Notes: a model not told the origin generated them from the sequence alone. A stretch of 64,000 nucleotides of DNA from Pseudomonadales bacterium (GCA_046290215.1 JBKAGC010000001.1:2936-66935), one strand, 5' to 3'; shown: positions 44,920-55,297, counted from the first letter of the stretch. Made by a program: numbers and translations.

Positions 44920-45114
44920 GGCGTGTACTCTTTAAGTTTTAGTTGGCGCTATCTTCCCACAAGGATACTGACAGGGTGGTGTCAGGAGACATTATTGGTT
45001 AACAATTAAGCAATTCATCACAACCCGGGCAAATTCGCTTCGCTAACAAGCCAATTAAGGTAGTTGGTACGAAATTGCTTTGTTATGCTGTAAAGAAAAA
45101 CGAGCCTGAACCTT

Positions 45115-45876
45115 ATGCAAGAAGCCTACGAGTTTTCGAAACAACCCCTTGGCATTGGCCAGCAACTCGATCAGTCCATCAAACTGACCCGCGCCACATA
45201 CAAATCCGCTCTTGGCGTGGTCGCCATGACCATGGTGATAGGCGTCTTAAATGCTTTCGCCTTTGGCTCCAGTCTGGCTGAGGACGGCACCATGCCAGAG
45301 ATGAGCGGCGGTGAACTTACAGCATTTATTGTCTTTATCCTGCTGCAGGTCTACCTTTACTTTTTGATGCTCACGCGCATTACCTATGCAGCCCATGGAC
45401 TCGGAGATCTTAGCGACGCGGCCTCCTTCTCGATCAAAAATCTCCATCGTATTATTGGGCTTTACCTTCTCTTTATGCTCGCCGTCATGGTTGGCTATGT
45501 ATTGCTGATTATCCCCGGGCTGATTTTGACCATTTCTCTGTCCCTTTGCTTTTACATCTTTTTGCTGGAAAAAACCGGTGTGGTGGCTTCCTTAAAGCGC
45601 TCTCATGAATTGGTCTGGGGTAACTGGATGCGCACCATGGTCGTCTTTTCGGTTGGCGGCATCATTGTTTTGATCTTTTACTTCATCATTGGGGCTGTGG
45701 CTGGACTCGCCGCATTCGGCACCACAACCAACGCTGAAGTTGCGATCAACTTGATTAGTGCCGTGCTCTCGCCGCTGGTGCAGCCTTATTTCATCGCCCT
45801 GTGTCTAGTGGTTTATCATGACGTCCGCCTACGTAAAGAAGGCGACGATCTTTCTACCGAGCTCGATAGCTTGTAG
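45115..45876 (+). CDS. polytopic membrane protein, first gene of the MoxR-associated cluster
   Basis: 253 aa with about 5-6 hydrophobic helices. The family is not recognised with confidence. Confidence 0.5.
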   Translation: MQEAYEFSKQPLGIGQQLDQSIKLTRATYKSALGVVAMTMVIGVLNAFAFGSSLAEDGTMPEMSGGELTAFIVFILLQVYLYFLMLTRITYAAHGLGDLSDAASFSIKNLHRIIGLYLLFMLAVMVGYVLLIIPGLILTISLSLCFYIFLLEKTGVVASLKRSHELVWGNWMRTMVVFSVGGIIVLIFYFIIGAVAGLAAFGTTTNAEVAINLISAVLSPLVQPYFIALCLVVYHDVRLRKEGDDLSTELDSL

Positions 45877-45881
45877 GCACA

Positions 45882-46535
45882 ATGAGCTCTGATTTACTTG
45901 ATGAGCTAACCGTTGAAGACCAGAGAACCATTGCGCTATCTGAGCTGGACCCTTTTCTAGCTGAAGTCACCCCACAGCCAGAGGAAGTTAGCTTCTGGCT
46001 TCGAGTCATTGAGTGGCTCTGGGAGCGCCTTGCGGACAGCGAGATGGCACAGAACCAATGGTTCACGGCCTTTGGTGAGTGGCTATTCAGTCACTGGCAG
46101 TTGCTGGTGTATTTCTTCTACATCTCCGCCGGGGCAACGGTGTTGTTCGGCTTATACCTTCTCTATCGCGTTTTCCAGGGAATTGATGGCTTCGGCCGGC
46201 GTCCAGCACAAGCCGCTAATTCCGCTGTATCCCAGTCCATTATCGCCGAGCAATTTTTTACCAGCGAAGACCCGGTCATCCAGGCCTATGGCGAGTTTCT
46301 ATTTCAGATGGAGGAAACTCATTATGTAGAGCAGGCGTTTACTTTGAGTCCAAGGGAGTTGGCGGATCATTTACATCAAAACGCCGCACCTGCATCGCTT
46401 CGTCAGCGTTTCAGCTCACTGTTTCCACAAATCGATCGCTATTTGTACGGGAAGCAAGCCAAACCACCACAGCCCCAGTTGGTGGATGAGCTTCATCAAG
46501 TAACGGCCCTCGCCCAGCGTGCCACTGATGAGTGA
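45882..46535 (+). CDS. membrane protein, DUF4129-like
   Basis: 217 aa. It has a central TM helix. The C-terminal pattern (TLSPRELADHL......RYLYG) resembles DUF4129 proteins found next to MoxR/DUF58. Confidence 0.4.
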   Translation: MSSDLLDELTVEDQRTIALSELDPFLAEVTPQPEEVSFWLRVIEWLWERLADSEMAQNQWFTAFGEWLFSHWQLLVYFFYISAGATVLFGLYLLYRVFQGIDGFGRRPAQAANSAVSQSIIAEQFFTSEDPVIQAYGEFLFQMEETHYVEQAFTLSPRELADHLHQNAAPASLRQRFSSLFPQIDRYLYGKQAKPPQPQLVDELHQVTALAQRATDE

Positions 46536-47772
46536 ACAACTAAAAAACCTGCTCGCAGCATTGGCCGCACTGCTGCTACTGGCCATATTGCTCTCACCAG
46601 GGCAGCAGATAGGCCCTACATCCTTCGCCAACACGGAGGACAAAGATGAACGAGGTCTGTATGCCATGAGCCAGTGGTTGCAAGCTTCCGGTTACAAGGT
46701 GATTAGCCACCGCACCCGCTTTGACAGTTTGATGCAGTACAGTCAGGCCGCCACATTGGTGGTGAATCTACCCACTTCCACCGCGATTCAGTTTCGGGAC
46801 TTTGACACCTTACAAACCTGGCTGCGCTCTGGTGACCAACTGATCGTGGTGGTGGACAACAGCTACTATAACGGCGAAGAAGAGTTAAGGCTGTTTTTAC
46901 AGAGCCTGGGGATCTGGCTCTCCCACAGCGACACCAGCGATTCTGAAGAGTCTGAGGCAGAGCAAAGCGACGACCATCAGTCCGATGAGCAACTTGAGTT
47001 CCCGGATTTCAATTTCGAAAATATTGAATACAGTGCGTTTTCCGAACACCCGTTATTTAACGATGTGGCAAGCATCTCGCTACAAAACGCTGTAAACCTG
47101 TTTGCGTTCCAGTTTGCTAGTGAAGTAGAAGTTGTGCCGCTGTATACCGATCTCAGCACAGGTTCCGGCCCTGCCTGGCTACTTCGCTCTACAGAATATC
47201 CTGGCGGCATCTTTGTGCTTGGCCATAGCGACTTCATGAGTAATCAGGGCCTGCTCTCAACGGAGCAGCAGGTGTTTGCGAAAAACCTGTTTGAGCAATT
47301 TGTTGCCCGGGACGAAACCATTATCTTTGCTGATTTTTATCAGGGCTTAAGTGAACTCTACGACATTCAAGCTTTGCTCAGTGACTCACGTTTTCATATG
47401 AGTTTATTCGCGGTGCTACTGACCTGGCTGGCCTATGTGGTGTTTTACAACATGCGCCTTGGGCCAGTATGGGCACCCCGGCTTAAGTTCTCCAATCGCG
47501 ATTTTTCCATGGCGGCAGGAAACCTATATGCACGCCACACTGACAATGCTGAGGTCAACCAGCAGCTTCTAAAGCGCTTTAACAATACGTATCGGCACAA
47601 ACACCGCCTGGCGAAAAATGGCCGCAGCGTGCTGGCCCATATGCAAACCACGCATCTATTTTCCAGAAACCTGCAGTCGCAACTGCAGCATCTAGAGACT
47701 CATCTCAATACTGAGCCTATGAAGACACAGCGTCTTCTCCACACCCTTTACCAGAGATTGGATACCCCATGA
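46528..47772 (+). CDS. membrane-anchored protein, DUF4350-like
   Basis: About 414 aa from ATG 46528 (GTG 46519 is also possible). It has an N-terminal TM helix, an acidic S/D/E tract and a late TM helix. It overlaps both neighbours. Confidence 0.4.
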   Translation: MSEQLKNLLAALAALLLLAILLSPGQQIGPTSFANTEDKDERGLYAMSQWLQASGYKVISHRTRFDSLMQYSQAATLVVNLPTSTAIQFRDFDTLQTWLRSGDQLIVVVDNSYYNGEEELRLFLQSLGIWLSHSDTSDSEESEAEQSDDHQSDEQLEFPDFNFENIEYSAFSEHPLFNDVASISLQNAVNLFAFQFASEVEVVPLYTDLSTGSGPAWLLRSTEYPGGIFVLGHSDFMSNQGLLSTEQQVFAKNLFEQFVARDETIIFADFYQGLSELYDIQALLSDSRFHMSLFAVLLTWLAYVVFYNMRLGPVWAPRLKFSNRDFSMAAGNLYARHTDNAEVNQQLLKRFNNTYRHKHRLAKNGRSVLAHMQTTHLFSRNLQSQLQHLETHLNTEPMKTQRLLHTLYQRLDTP

Positions 47773-48707
47773 GTGTCAAAGACTTTCATAGCGAGTTGAA
47801 ATTGCAGTTAGGTCAACAACTGTTTGGCCTTGAAGAAACCATCGATTGGTTAAGCATCGCTTTAATCGCCCGTGGCCACGTCTTGCTGGAAGGATTTCCT
47901 GGTTCCGGTAAAACCTCTATGGCGCGAGCACTGGCCCAATGCCTCGGCGGGGATTTTGGCCGCATTCAGTGCACGGCAGACTTGATGCCATCGGATATGA
48001 CAGGCATCAGAATCTTTGATGAAACCCGCGGCAGCTTTGAGCTCGTCAAGGGCCCGCTGTTTTCAGACGTGGTGATTGTGGATGAAATTAACCGCACCAG
48101 CCCCAAAACCCAGTCTGCCATGCTGGAAGCCATGGAGGAGCGGCGCATCACGATTGATCGTGAATCCTACCCACTCAAAGAAGACTTCTTTGTCATCGCC
48201 ACACAAAACCCCCATGAGTTTGAAGGGACCTATCCCTTGCCAGAATCACAGATTGACCGATTCTTTCTGAAGCTAGATGTAATGTATCCGACCGTAGACC
48301 ATGAAGTTGCAGTACTAAAAACTTATGGCGCCGTTGCACCTGCCGCATTAAACACTTTAAGTGAGATGCCAAAAGAACTACTAGCCAGTGCAAGAGAAGA
48401 GGCAAATCAGGTCGCGGTGAGCGATGCTGTTTATCAATATATCGTTGCTCTTGCCGCTGCCACCCGCGCTGCGCCAAGTGTCTCGCTGGGGCTTTCTACC
48501 CGAGGGGTACTTGCCCTGCTCCGCTGCGCAAAAATCCTCGCCGCACGTGAGGGTTATGACTACGTTTCCCCGGACCACATCAAAGCCTCCCTCGCTCCTG
48601 TAGTTCGACATCGCATTGTGCTGACACAGGAAGCTTTGTTTGACGGGCTCGATGTGGGCGAAGTACTCACCCAAATTACCAGCAATATTGAGATCCCGCG
48701 GGAATGA
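47769..48707 (+). CDS. MoxR-family AAA+ ATPase
   Basis: 312 aa. Walker A is GFPGSGKTS and Walker B is VVIVDEINR. The layout is MoxR-like. Confidence 0.9.
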   Translation: MSVKDFHSELKLQLGQQLFGLEETIDWLSIALIARGHVLLEGFPGSGKTSMARALAQCLGGDFGRIQCTADLMPSDMTGIRIFDETRGSFELVKGPLFSDVVIVDEINRTSPKTQSAMLEAMEERRITIDRESYPLKEDFFVIATQNPHEFEGTYPLPESQIDRFFLKLDVMYPTVDHEVAVLKTYGAVAPAALNTLSEMPKELLASAREEANQVAVSDAVYQYIVALAAATRAAPSVSLGLSTRGVLALLRCAKILAAREGYDYVSPDHIKASLAPVVRHRIVLTQEALFDGLDVGEVLTQITSNIEIPRE

Positions 48708-50008
48708 AGCGCTTTGGTTTAACCGGCAGAGGTTTCACGCTGGTTGTGGTCCTGACCCTGGGACTCATCATTTCACTGTGGGGTGACGGCAACCTGGAGT
48801 TGCTGTGGCGAGCACTTGCCATGCTGTCCTGCGTCGCTCTTGTCTTGGAATGGTTAGCGCAACAAAGAACCCGCATATCGGCTCACCTTAAGCACGAATC
48901 AGAGCCGACGGATGACGTAGCCATTGAAACTCGGCTAGGCAAGCGAACGCATTTGACTATCGAAATTGAGACAGACAACCAGCGCCAGTTCCGCGCTTAT
49001 CTGCCTGGCAACGAAGCCTTCGAAGTATATCGACAGAAACTGGTAAACAACCTACTCCACTGCGAGGTTATGCCGCACCAGCTCGGCTCCCATAGCCCGG
49101 GCCAACTGTTTGTACGCACGAAGGGGCTATTTTCACTGAGCACCTGGGATCATGGCGTTGCCATCGCCGAGTCGATCATCGTCAAAGCCGATCACTCCCT
49201 GGCTACTATGAACCTCAACAGTCAGAGTTTTAAACAACGATATGCCGATAAGATAAGCGGTAACGGTTTTGAATTAGATAGGCTTCGGGACTACCAGCAA
49301 GGTGACTCAGTACGCTTTATGGACTGGAAAGCAACCGCCCGACGCCGCAAGAAAACCGTCAGACAATTCACCGATGAAAATCAGCAAGAAGTATGTATTT
49401 TGTTGGATGCTTCACACTATGGGCGGGTTGAAGTGGACGGTATTAGTCGCTTCACCCATATGCTTAACACCACGGCCCGGCTATCTAGTCTGGCAAATCG
49501 CAGCGGTGACCAGGTGAGCTTTTGCGCCTATGGCGCCACCACAAAAGCCCTTATACCTCCGGGTAACTCACACCATCACCATCAAAAAGTCTTACAAAGC
49601 CTGGCCGAAGCCACCATTGATGAAGGGCCCGCTAACCATTTGATGGGCTATATGCATGCCTCAAGATTCTTAAAGCGTCGCTCGCTGCTCGTATTCATTA
49701 CTCATTTAGATCATGCCTCTGCCACGGACCATCTGGCCCAAACCATTGCCCTTGCTAGCCGCAAGCACCTGGTTGTCACGGCTTCAATTCGCGACTACGA
49801 TCTGGATAAACTTATCGCCACTGATGCGATTCGTTGGCGCGACCCATTCCACGCCCTGGCTGCAACCCAGATTAAGGATGCCACGGAAATCTTGATAGGC
49901 AAGCTACAGAGGCAAGGTGCATATGTATTACACGCCCACCCAGATACCGTGGATCGCGATCTGGTAAGCACTTATCAGCGCATCAGGGAAAGGCGCCTGG
50001 TGTCATAA
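48704..50008 (+). CDS. DUF58 (VWA-like) protein, MoxR partner
   Basis: 434 aa. It has N-terminal TM helices. The DUF58 signature is RDYQQGDSVRFMDWKATARRRK...EVCILLDAS. Confidence 0.8.
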   Translation: MKRFGLTGRGFTLVVVLTLGLIISLWGDGNLELLWRALAMLSCVALVLEWLAQQRTRISAHLKHESEPTDDVAIETRLGKRTHLTIEIETDNQRQFRAYLPGNEAFEVYRQKLVNNLLHCEVMPHQLGSHSPGQLFVRTKGLFSLSTWDHGVAIAESIIVKADHSLATMNLNSQSFKQRYADKISGNGFELDRLRDYQQGDSVRFMDWKATARRRKKTVRQFTDENQQEVCILLDASHYGRVEVDGISRFTHMLNTTARLSSLANRSGDQVSFCAYGATTKALIPPGNSHHHHQKVLQSLAEATIDEGPANHLMGYMHASRFLKRRSLLVFITHLDHASATDHLAQTIALASRKHLVVTASIRDYDLDKLIATDAIRWRDPFHALAATQIKDATEILIGKLQRQGAYVLHAHPDTVDRDLVSTYQRIRERRLVS

Positions 50009-50017
50009 CAGCAGCAT

Positions 50018-50992
50018 TTATTTTTGCATTGCTGAGTAGCGAAACGGCTTACCCGAGAGCAAATAGATGAATACCAGCCAATAACCCACGCCAACCGCCA
50101 CTTTAAAAGCAAACGGGGCATCACTGGGAGAAACGTAGCCTTCAATTATTCCGGCAATAATCAGGAACGGCACACAAACACCACAAACAATGACGCCTTC
50201 CCGGGCCACTCTGCGGAATTCAGCCATTCGACTATTTTGACCAGGATGTGCAATGGCATCGCCCAGAGCAAAACCCGCGGTTGCGGCGAGGATAATAATA
50301 CTTAGCTCCACACAACCGTGGGCAATGATGAAGTCCATCAGCCTCGGGTCCAAACCATATTGCGCCGTGTAGGAAAACGCACACCCTAACATCATGCCAT
50401 TTAGCACAACGATATACAGGGTCCCAATGCCATAAAGTGACCCCAGGGCAAACGCCATGAACGACACCATAATGTTGTTGGTCATGATACTGAACGCTGC
50501 CACAGAAGACGGCATCACATTAAAAATGCCTTCGGTCCAGAGCTCACCTCGATGGACGGCATCAATCATGGGTGGTGAAAAAAACGCTGCGATGAGTTCT
50601 GGATACTGCGCCACCATGACCCAGCTAACGGCGATGGCAAAAACAAACAGCGCTGTCATCGCTGCCAGCTTTGGAATTAACCGCATCAAAATCACTGGTA
50701 GCTCATAACCCAGCAAACCTCGCGCATCTGGAATAAGAGCCGTCACAGGTTTGGCCAGTTCTTGCGAGGTACGGATTAGCAAGGCTTCAAGACTACGAGT
50801 CAGTTCTGCCTGGGGAAGTTCAGTTCTCGCCAGAGTAAAGTCGCCCTGGGTTTGTTGATAGTCTTCAAGCAAGCGCTGGGTATCTTTGAGGCTTACCCGC
50901 CCCGACTTTTGATGCTGATCCAGGAGCTGCTCCAACTCTCGCCACTGCTCCGCACGGCGGCTAAGCCAACGCTTTACAACTTCGTCATCCAT
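50018..50992 (-). CDS. SpoIIM-like (stage II sporulation protein M family) integral membrane protein
   Basis: 324 aa. An N-terminal soluble helical region is followed by about 6 TM helices, the architecture usual for this family. Confidence 0.55.
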   Translation of the reverse strand: MDDEVVKRWLSRRAEQWRELEQLLDQHQKSGRVSLKDTQRLLEDYQQTQGDFTLARTELPQAELTRSLEALLIRTSQELAKPVTALIPDARGLLGYELPVILMRLIPKLAAMTALFVFAIAVSWVMVAQYPELIAAFFSPPMIDAVHRGELWTEGIFNVMPSSVAAFSIMTNNIMVSFMAFALGSLYGIGTLYIVVLNGMMLGCAFSYTAQYGLDPRLMDFIIAHGCVELSIIILAATAGFALGDAIAHPGQNSRMAEFRRVAREGVIVCGVCVPFLIIAGIIEGYVSPSDAPFAFKVAVGVGYWLVFIYLLSGKPFRYSAMQK

Positions 50993-50997
50993 CAGCG

Positions 50998-51693
50998 CTA
51001 CCTATTTAGTATGGCCTGAATTTCGGCGCGTAGGTCTGGCACATTGCTCGGCCGACCAAACTTCTCCAGGGCTTTCCCCCCCAGCTTGCCGCGATGCTCT
51101 GGCGTCAAATCGTCCCATCGGTCCAGTAGCTTCTGCAAAACCTCCCGTTCCCTGATGGACACACCTGTTGCTTCTTGCTCTGCTGCCGCATCTGAGGCTG
51201 ATGTCTCTGCCTGTTCGTAAACCAACAATGTACCAGCAGCGAGATCACCGATACGCACCTGATGCCGGGTGAATACACAGACCAGAACACCAATCATGTA
51301 AAAGCTTGGCAAACTGTCCAGCACCCGCATAACGTTGCGCACTAAGATTGCGCTGGCTGCGGGAATGCCACCGTCGACGGTGACTACTTTAATTTTGGCG
51401 TATCGTTTCCCCGGACTATTGCCTTGCATCATCAGTTCCAGCACGGGATGGTAAAGAAAATAAATGGCACCGGCAGGCAAAAACAACAACCAGTTGTAGG
51501 CGCTGGAACCCATCTCCACAAGGTCGAGCAGATAGACTAACAACCAGGCGATTAATACCCAGGCCATAGCCGCAAGGATTCGAATGTGCCAGTCAATGGC
51601 AAAGGCGTAGGCGCGAGAACCAAGACCTGCAACAGCCATTGAATACTCAAAGCCATAGGCAGAACGGATTGTCAGGGTATCTTCTTGCATCAA
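50998..51693 (-). CDS. RDD-family membrane protein
   Basis: 231 aa. The RDD-like N-terminal motif is GSRAYAFAIDWHIRIL and there are three TM helices. It lies adjacent to the SpoIIM-like gene. Confidence 0.55.
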   Translation of the reverse strand: MMQEDTLTIRSAYGFEYSMAVAGLGSRAYAFAIDWHIRILAAMAWVLIAWLLVYLLDLVEMGSSAYNWLLFLPAGAIYFLYHPVLELMMQGNSPGKRYAKIKVVTVDGGIPAASAILVRNVMRVLDSLPSFYMIGVLVCVFTRHQVRIGDLAAGTLLVYEQAETSASDAAAEQEATGVSIREREVLQKLLDRWDDLTPEHRGKLGGKALEKFGRPSNVPDLRAEIQAILNR

Positions 51694-51809
51694 GTATCGG
51701 GATCAAGCAAACAAGGTCATCATACCCAGCACACCACAGGGGTGAAATGGTTAGTGTTCAGAATCCCGAATAAATGCTGTATTGGCGGAAATCTGCTCGT
51801 TTAATAAGC

Positions 51810-51848
51810 AAAAAAAAGCCCCCGACCGTTACCAGTAGGAGGCTTTTT
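51810..51848 (-). terminator. rho-independent terminator after the thiolase gene
   Basis: The minus strand reads aaaaaGCCTCC-N14-GGGGGCtttttttt. A second small hairpin, AGCGAAtagTTCGCT, sits right after the stop. Confidence 0.7.
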
Positions 51849-51871
51849 GATTAGCGAACTATTCGCTCGGT

Positions 51872-53107
51872 TTAGATGCGCTCAATAATGATCGCAGGTG
51901 CCATGCCGCCAGCAGCGCACATGGTCACTAAACCAAACTGTTGGTCACGTCGCTCTAGTTCATCCAGTACTGTGCCGATCAGCATAGAACCGGTGGCACC
52001 GATTGGGTGACCCAACGCCATTGCGCCGCCATTCACATTCACCTTATCGCGATCCAAATCCAGATCACGGATGAACTTCTCAGCAACGACCGCAAACGCT
52101 TCATTGACTTCAAACAGGTCAATGTCGCTAAGGCTCATGCCGGCTTTTTTCAGAACCTTCTTCGCAGCAGGTACTGGCGCGTTCAGCATCAGTGTAGGTG
52201 AATCACCCATGTTGGCCATGGCGACAATACGAGCACGTGGCTTCAAACCATTGGCTTTGGCGTATTCCGCAGAAGACATCAATACCGCACCAGCGCCGTC
52301 CACAACACCGGATGAGTTACCAGCATGGTGGAAGTGTTCAATCTTCAGATCTGGATACTTTTGTGCCACCAACTTGCGGAACGTGGTTCCTTTGTCGTCC
52401 AGTTCAATATCAGCAATCTTCTCAAACGATGGTGGTAGTTGGCTCAAACCTTCAAGTGTGGTTTGTGGACGAGGGAATTCCTCGTGATCCAGAGCGACAC
52501 TACCGTCTTCTTTGTAAACTGTAACCAGTGACTTATCGAAGTAACCATTTTTGATGGCGTGATCAGCACGACGCTGGGATTCAACCGCCAGGCTGTCGAG
52601 TGCTTCACGGCTAATGCCTTCTAGCGTGGCAATAGTATCAGCACAAACACCTTGATGTGGCTGTGGGTGGACACTGCGCAGGCGGAAGTTGTCGTTATCC
52701 AGGAAGGGCGAACCACGGCCGCTACCAGAACCTGCCAAAGACATCATTTCAGTACCGCCACCAATGGTCAGATCTTCCATACCAGACATAATGCTGGCAG
52801 CAGCGATATTTACAGAGGTAATACCGGAACCACAGAAACGGTCCAGGGTGACACCACTGGCTTTCACATCGTAACCAGCATCCAGTGCTGCCATACGCGC
52901 CAGGTCACCACTTTGTGGGCCACGCTGGGAACTGGTACCAAACACAATGTCGTCAACTTCAGCAGTATCAAAACCAACCCGGTCATGCAGGGCTTTTAAA
53001 ACTGCCGCACCCAGGTGCTGGGGATGTTCATCAGCAAGGGCACCCTTACCTTGTTTACCAATCCCGCGCGGGGTACGACATGCATCAATAATCCAGGCTT
53101 CAGCCAT
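51872..53107 (-). CDS. acetyl-CoA C-acyltransferase (thiolase)
   Basis: 411 aa. The active-site Cys is in LDRFCGSG and the C-terminal motifs are NVNGGAMALGHPIGATG and CAAGGMA. Confidence 0.9.
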   Translation of the reverse strand: MAEAWIIDACRTPRGIGKQGKGALADEHPQHLGAAVLKALHDRVGFDTAEVDDIVFGTSSQRGPQSGDLARMAALDAGYDVKASGVTLDRFCGSGITSVNIAAASIMSGMEDLTIGGGTEMMSLAGSGSGRGSPFLDNDNFRLRSVHPQPHQGVCADTIATLEGISREALDSLAVESQRRADHAIKNGYFDKSLVTVYKEDGSVALDHEEFPRPQTTLEGLSQLPPSFEKIADIELDDKGTTFRKLVAQKYPDLKIEHFHHAGNSSGVVDGAGAVLMSSAEYAKANGLKPRARIVAMANMGDSPTLMLNAPVPAAKKVLKKAGMSLSDIDLFEVNEAFAVVAEKFIRDLDLDRDKVNVNGGAMALGHPIGATGSMLIGTVLDELERRDQQFGLVTMCAAGGMAPAIIIERI

Positions 53108-53243
53108 GAGATCGCTCCAATATTTATGAAGCAGCTACCTTACTCCCTGCACACCGTGATGTTCAAATGAAGTTTGGAATAGCCGGTATTATCGGCGAAA
53201 TACCTAGAACATAGGCCAATTGGCTATAACAAAGCGGGGAGTT

Positions 53244-54431
53244 TTAACCAATCACCCCTGCCGTGCGAAGTTCCTCAAGATCTCGCTCATCATAGCCAAA
53301 AGCGCTCAAAACACTGGCTGTATGTTGGCCGTGCGCTGGACTCGGTGAGGCGGGCTCAAGAGGCTCGCCCCCAAACCTGGCTGGCGCGCGTAAGTACCGC
53401 ATTTTGCCCATCAATGGATGTTCAACTTGCTGGAGAGAATCATTGGCGGCAAGTTGCGGCTGAGCCAACACTTCATCGAAACTCAAACAACGAGCGCAAG
53501 GCACATCGTTTTCGCCAAGGCGCTTTAGAATGTCATCCGTACTAAAGGTTAAAAATGCCTCTGCCAATTCTGCTCGATACGCTTCCATGTTACGCATCAG
53601 GGCCTCTAGTGAATTGAAACGCTCGTCTTCAAGTAACTGTTCTTTGCCCAGTGCTTTTAAAACGCCAAAACGCTGTGCATCGGTGGCAGCGGAGATGGTG
53701 ATAGCGCCGTCTTGGGTCAGGGTCAGTTGGTAAAGCAAATCCGGCAAATACGGTCCTGGCGTTACATCATCATCCAGCAAGGTGTGATCCATATAACTGT
53801 CGGGAAAAAGAAAAAACAAGCCAGAATCCAACATGGATAGATCAATGTGTTGGCCTTCCCCGGTTTTTTCCCGTAGGTACAGTGCACTGGTCACTGCCTG
53901 ACAAGCGGTATATGCCGTGACTTTGTCGCACATCAAGTTGCGAATAAAAGTGTGTTCACCCGCACCAGCGACAAACCCCTGTGCGTGGGTCATGCCAGTA
54001 TGGGCTTGAATCACCGGGTCATAAGCCGGAGCGTTTTTCATGGGGCCTTCATGGCCAAAGCCAGAAATCGCCATATAAATCAGCTTGCTGTTTGCCTCGC
54101 GCAACGCCTCACTACCCAGGCCCAGTTTATCCATCACACCCGGACGAAAATTGTGTATCACCACATCCACATCCGCGGCGAGTTGGCGCACCAGCTTTTG
54201 CCCGGCCTCCTCTTTTAAGTTCACCTTGATGGACTCTTTGCCGCGATTACAGTTCGCAAACAGCGATGAGATGCCGCCCTTGGCTGCGCCGATATAACGC
54301 ATCGGGTCGCCCGCTTCTATTGGCTCCACCTTAATGACCCGGGCGCCCTGCTCGGCCATCATCATTGCCGCAAACGAGGCTGTGATCATGGTGGAAAACT
54401 CGAGAATGGTAACCCCTGCTAATGGCTTCAC
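53244..54431 (-). CDS. family III CoA-transferase (CaiB/BaiF type)
   Basis: 395 aa. The N-terminus LAGVTILEFSTMITASFAAMMMAEQGARVIKVEP is typical of the family. Confidence 0.85.
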   Translation of the reverse strand: MKPLAGVTILEFSTMITASFAAMMMAEQGARVIKVEPIEAGDPMRYIGAAKGGISSLFANCNRGKESIKVNLKEEAGQKLVRQLAADVDVVIHNFRPGVMDKLGLGSEALREANSKLIYMAISGFGHEGPMKNAPAYDPVIQAHTGMTHAQGFVAGAGEHTFIRNLMCDKVTAYTACQAVTSALYLREKTGEGQHIDLSMLDSGLFFLFPDSYMDHTLLDDDVTPGPYLPDLLYQLTLTQDGAITISAATDAQRFGVLKALGKEQLLEDERFNSLEALMRNMEAYRAELAEAFLTFSTDDILKRLGENDVPCARCLSFDEVLAQPQLAANDSLQQVEHPLMGKMRYLRAPARFGGEPLEPASPSPAHGQHTASVLSAFGYDERDLEELRTAGVIG

Positions 54432-54510
54432 TACTGCCCCCTTTTTATTGTTAGTTTTTGTGGTGCTCTGTGGCTTTTTAACGTCGCACAGTTTTATTTG
54501 CTGAAGTTTT

Positions 54511-55206
54511 CTACTGCGCTATTAACGGCGCCAGGAGATTCTTCTCCTGAAGCCAGTCTCTTAAACCCGAGGTGCTGGGAATCATAATCTTGCCATAGCC
54601 AAGCTGTATCAAACCATCTGCCTGTAACTGACTTAGCACCTTGCCCGTTGACACTCTTGAGACACCAAGACTAAAGGCCAGTTGATCCTGGCGACAAGCA
54701 ATTTCATATCTTTCCCCGGCACCGCGCACATTCGAGAGCAGTAGCTGGGCAGTGCGGACAATTAAGGGCTGACGGCGCAAACTGTCCAGGTACTCAAGCA
54801 GGGCATGGTGACGACGCAAGGTTAAGGTCAACATGGCCTCAGCTAATTCAGGGTGTTCAGCAAAGAACTTCATAAATTTCGCTTTTGGGATCTGGCAAAC
54901 CTCAGACTCACCCTGACTGTAAATGTCGTGAGTGCTAGGTAAACCGGCAAACAACGTGAACTCGCCAAAACAGTCGCCCACATTAATGGCAGAGGTCATG
55001 AGCAAAGAACCATCCGCACCCACATTGCCGGCTATCACCTGACCTGACTGAACGATAGAGAGCCCAGGCTTCGCATCACCCCTTTGGTGAACCAGTTGCC
55101 CGTCTCGATAGCGCACGGTCTTACCCAGCTTGAGTAGTGCTGCCATCAAGTCGTCACTCAGCAAGCTGGCTAACGCCGGCGTGCCCGCTCGCAGCAGGTC
55201 GATCAT
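54511..55206 (-). CDS. Crp/Fnr-family transcriptional regulator
   Basis: 231 aa. It has a cNMP-binding-like N-terminus (GDCFGEFTLFAG) and a C-terminal HTH (DQLAFSLGVSRVSTGKVLSQL). Confidence 0.85.
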   Translation of the reverse strand: MIDLLRAGTPALASLLSDDLMAALLKLGKTVRYRDGQLVHQRGDAKPGLSIVQSGQVIAGNVGADGSLLMTSAINVGDCFGEFTLFAGLPSTHDIYSQGESEVCQIPKAKFMKFFAEHPELAEAMLTLTLRRHHALLEYLDSLRRQPLIVRTAQLLLSNVRGAGERYEIACRQDQLAFSLGVSRVSTGKVLSQLQADGLIQLGYGKIMIPSTSGLRDWLQEKNLLAPLIAQ

Positions 55207-55217
55207 GAAATTCCCGA

Positions 55218-55237
55218 AATGCTAACTTTTTAGCATT
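55218..55237. promoter_or_regulatory. perfect 8-4-8 palindrome, candidate operator for the adjacent Crp/Fnr regulator
   Basis: AATGCTAActttTTAGCATT lies in the divergent Crp/TauD intergenic region. The spacing is FNR-like (half-sites separated by 4 nt). Confidence 0.5.
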
Positions 55238-55297
55238 CTATTGCAGTTTTTATGACTAAGGTAGCGGAAACATCAGTACAGAACTGGGAGGGAAGTC

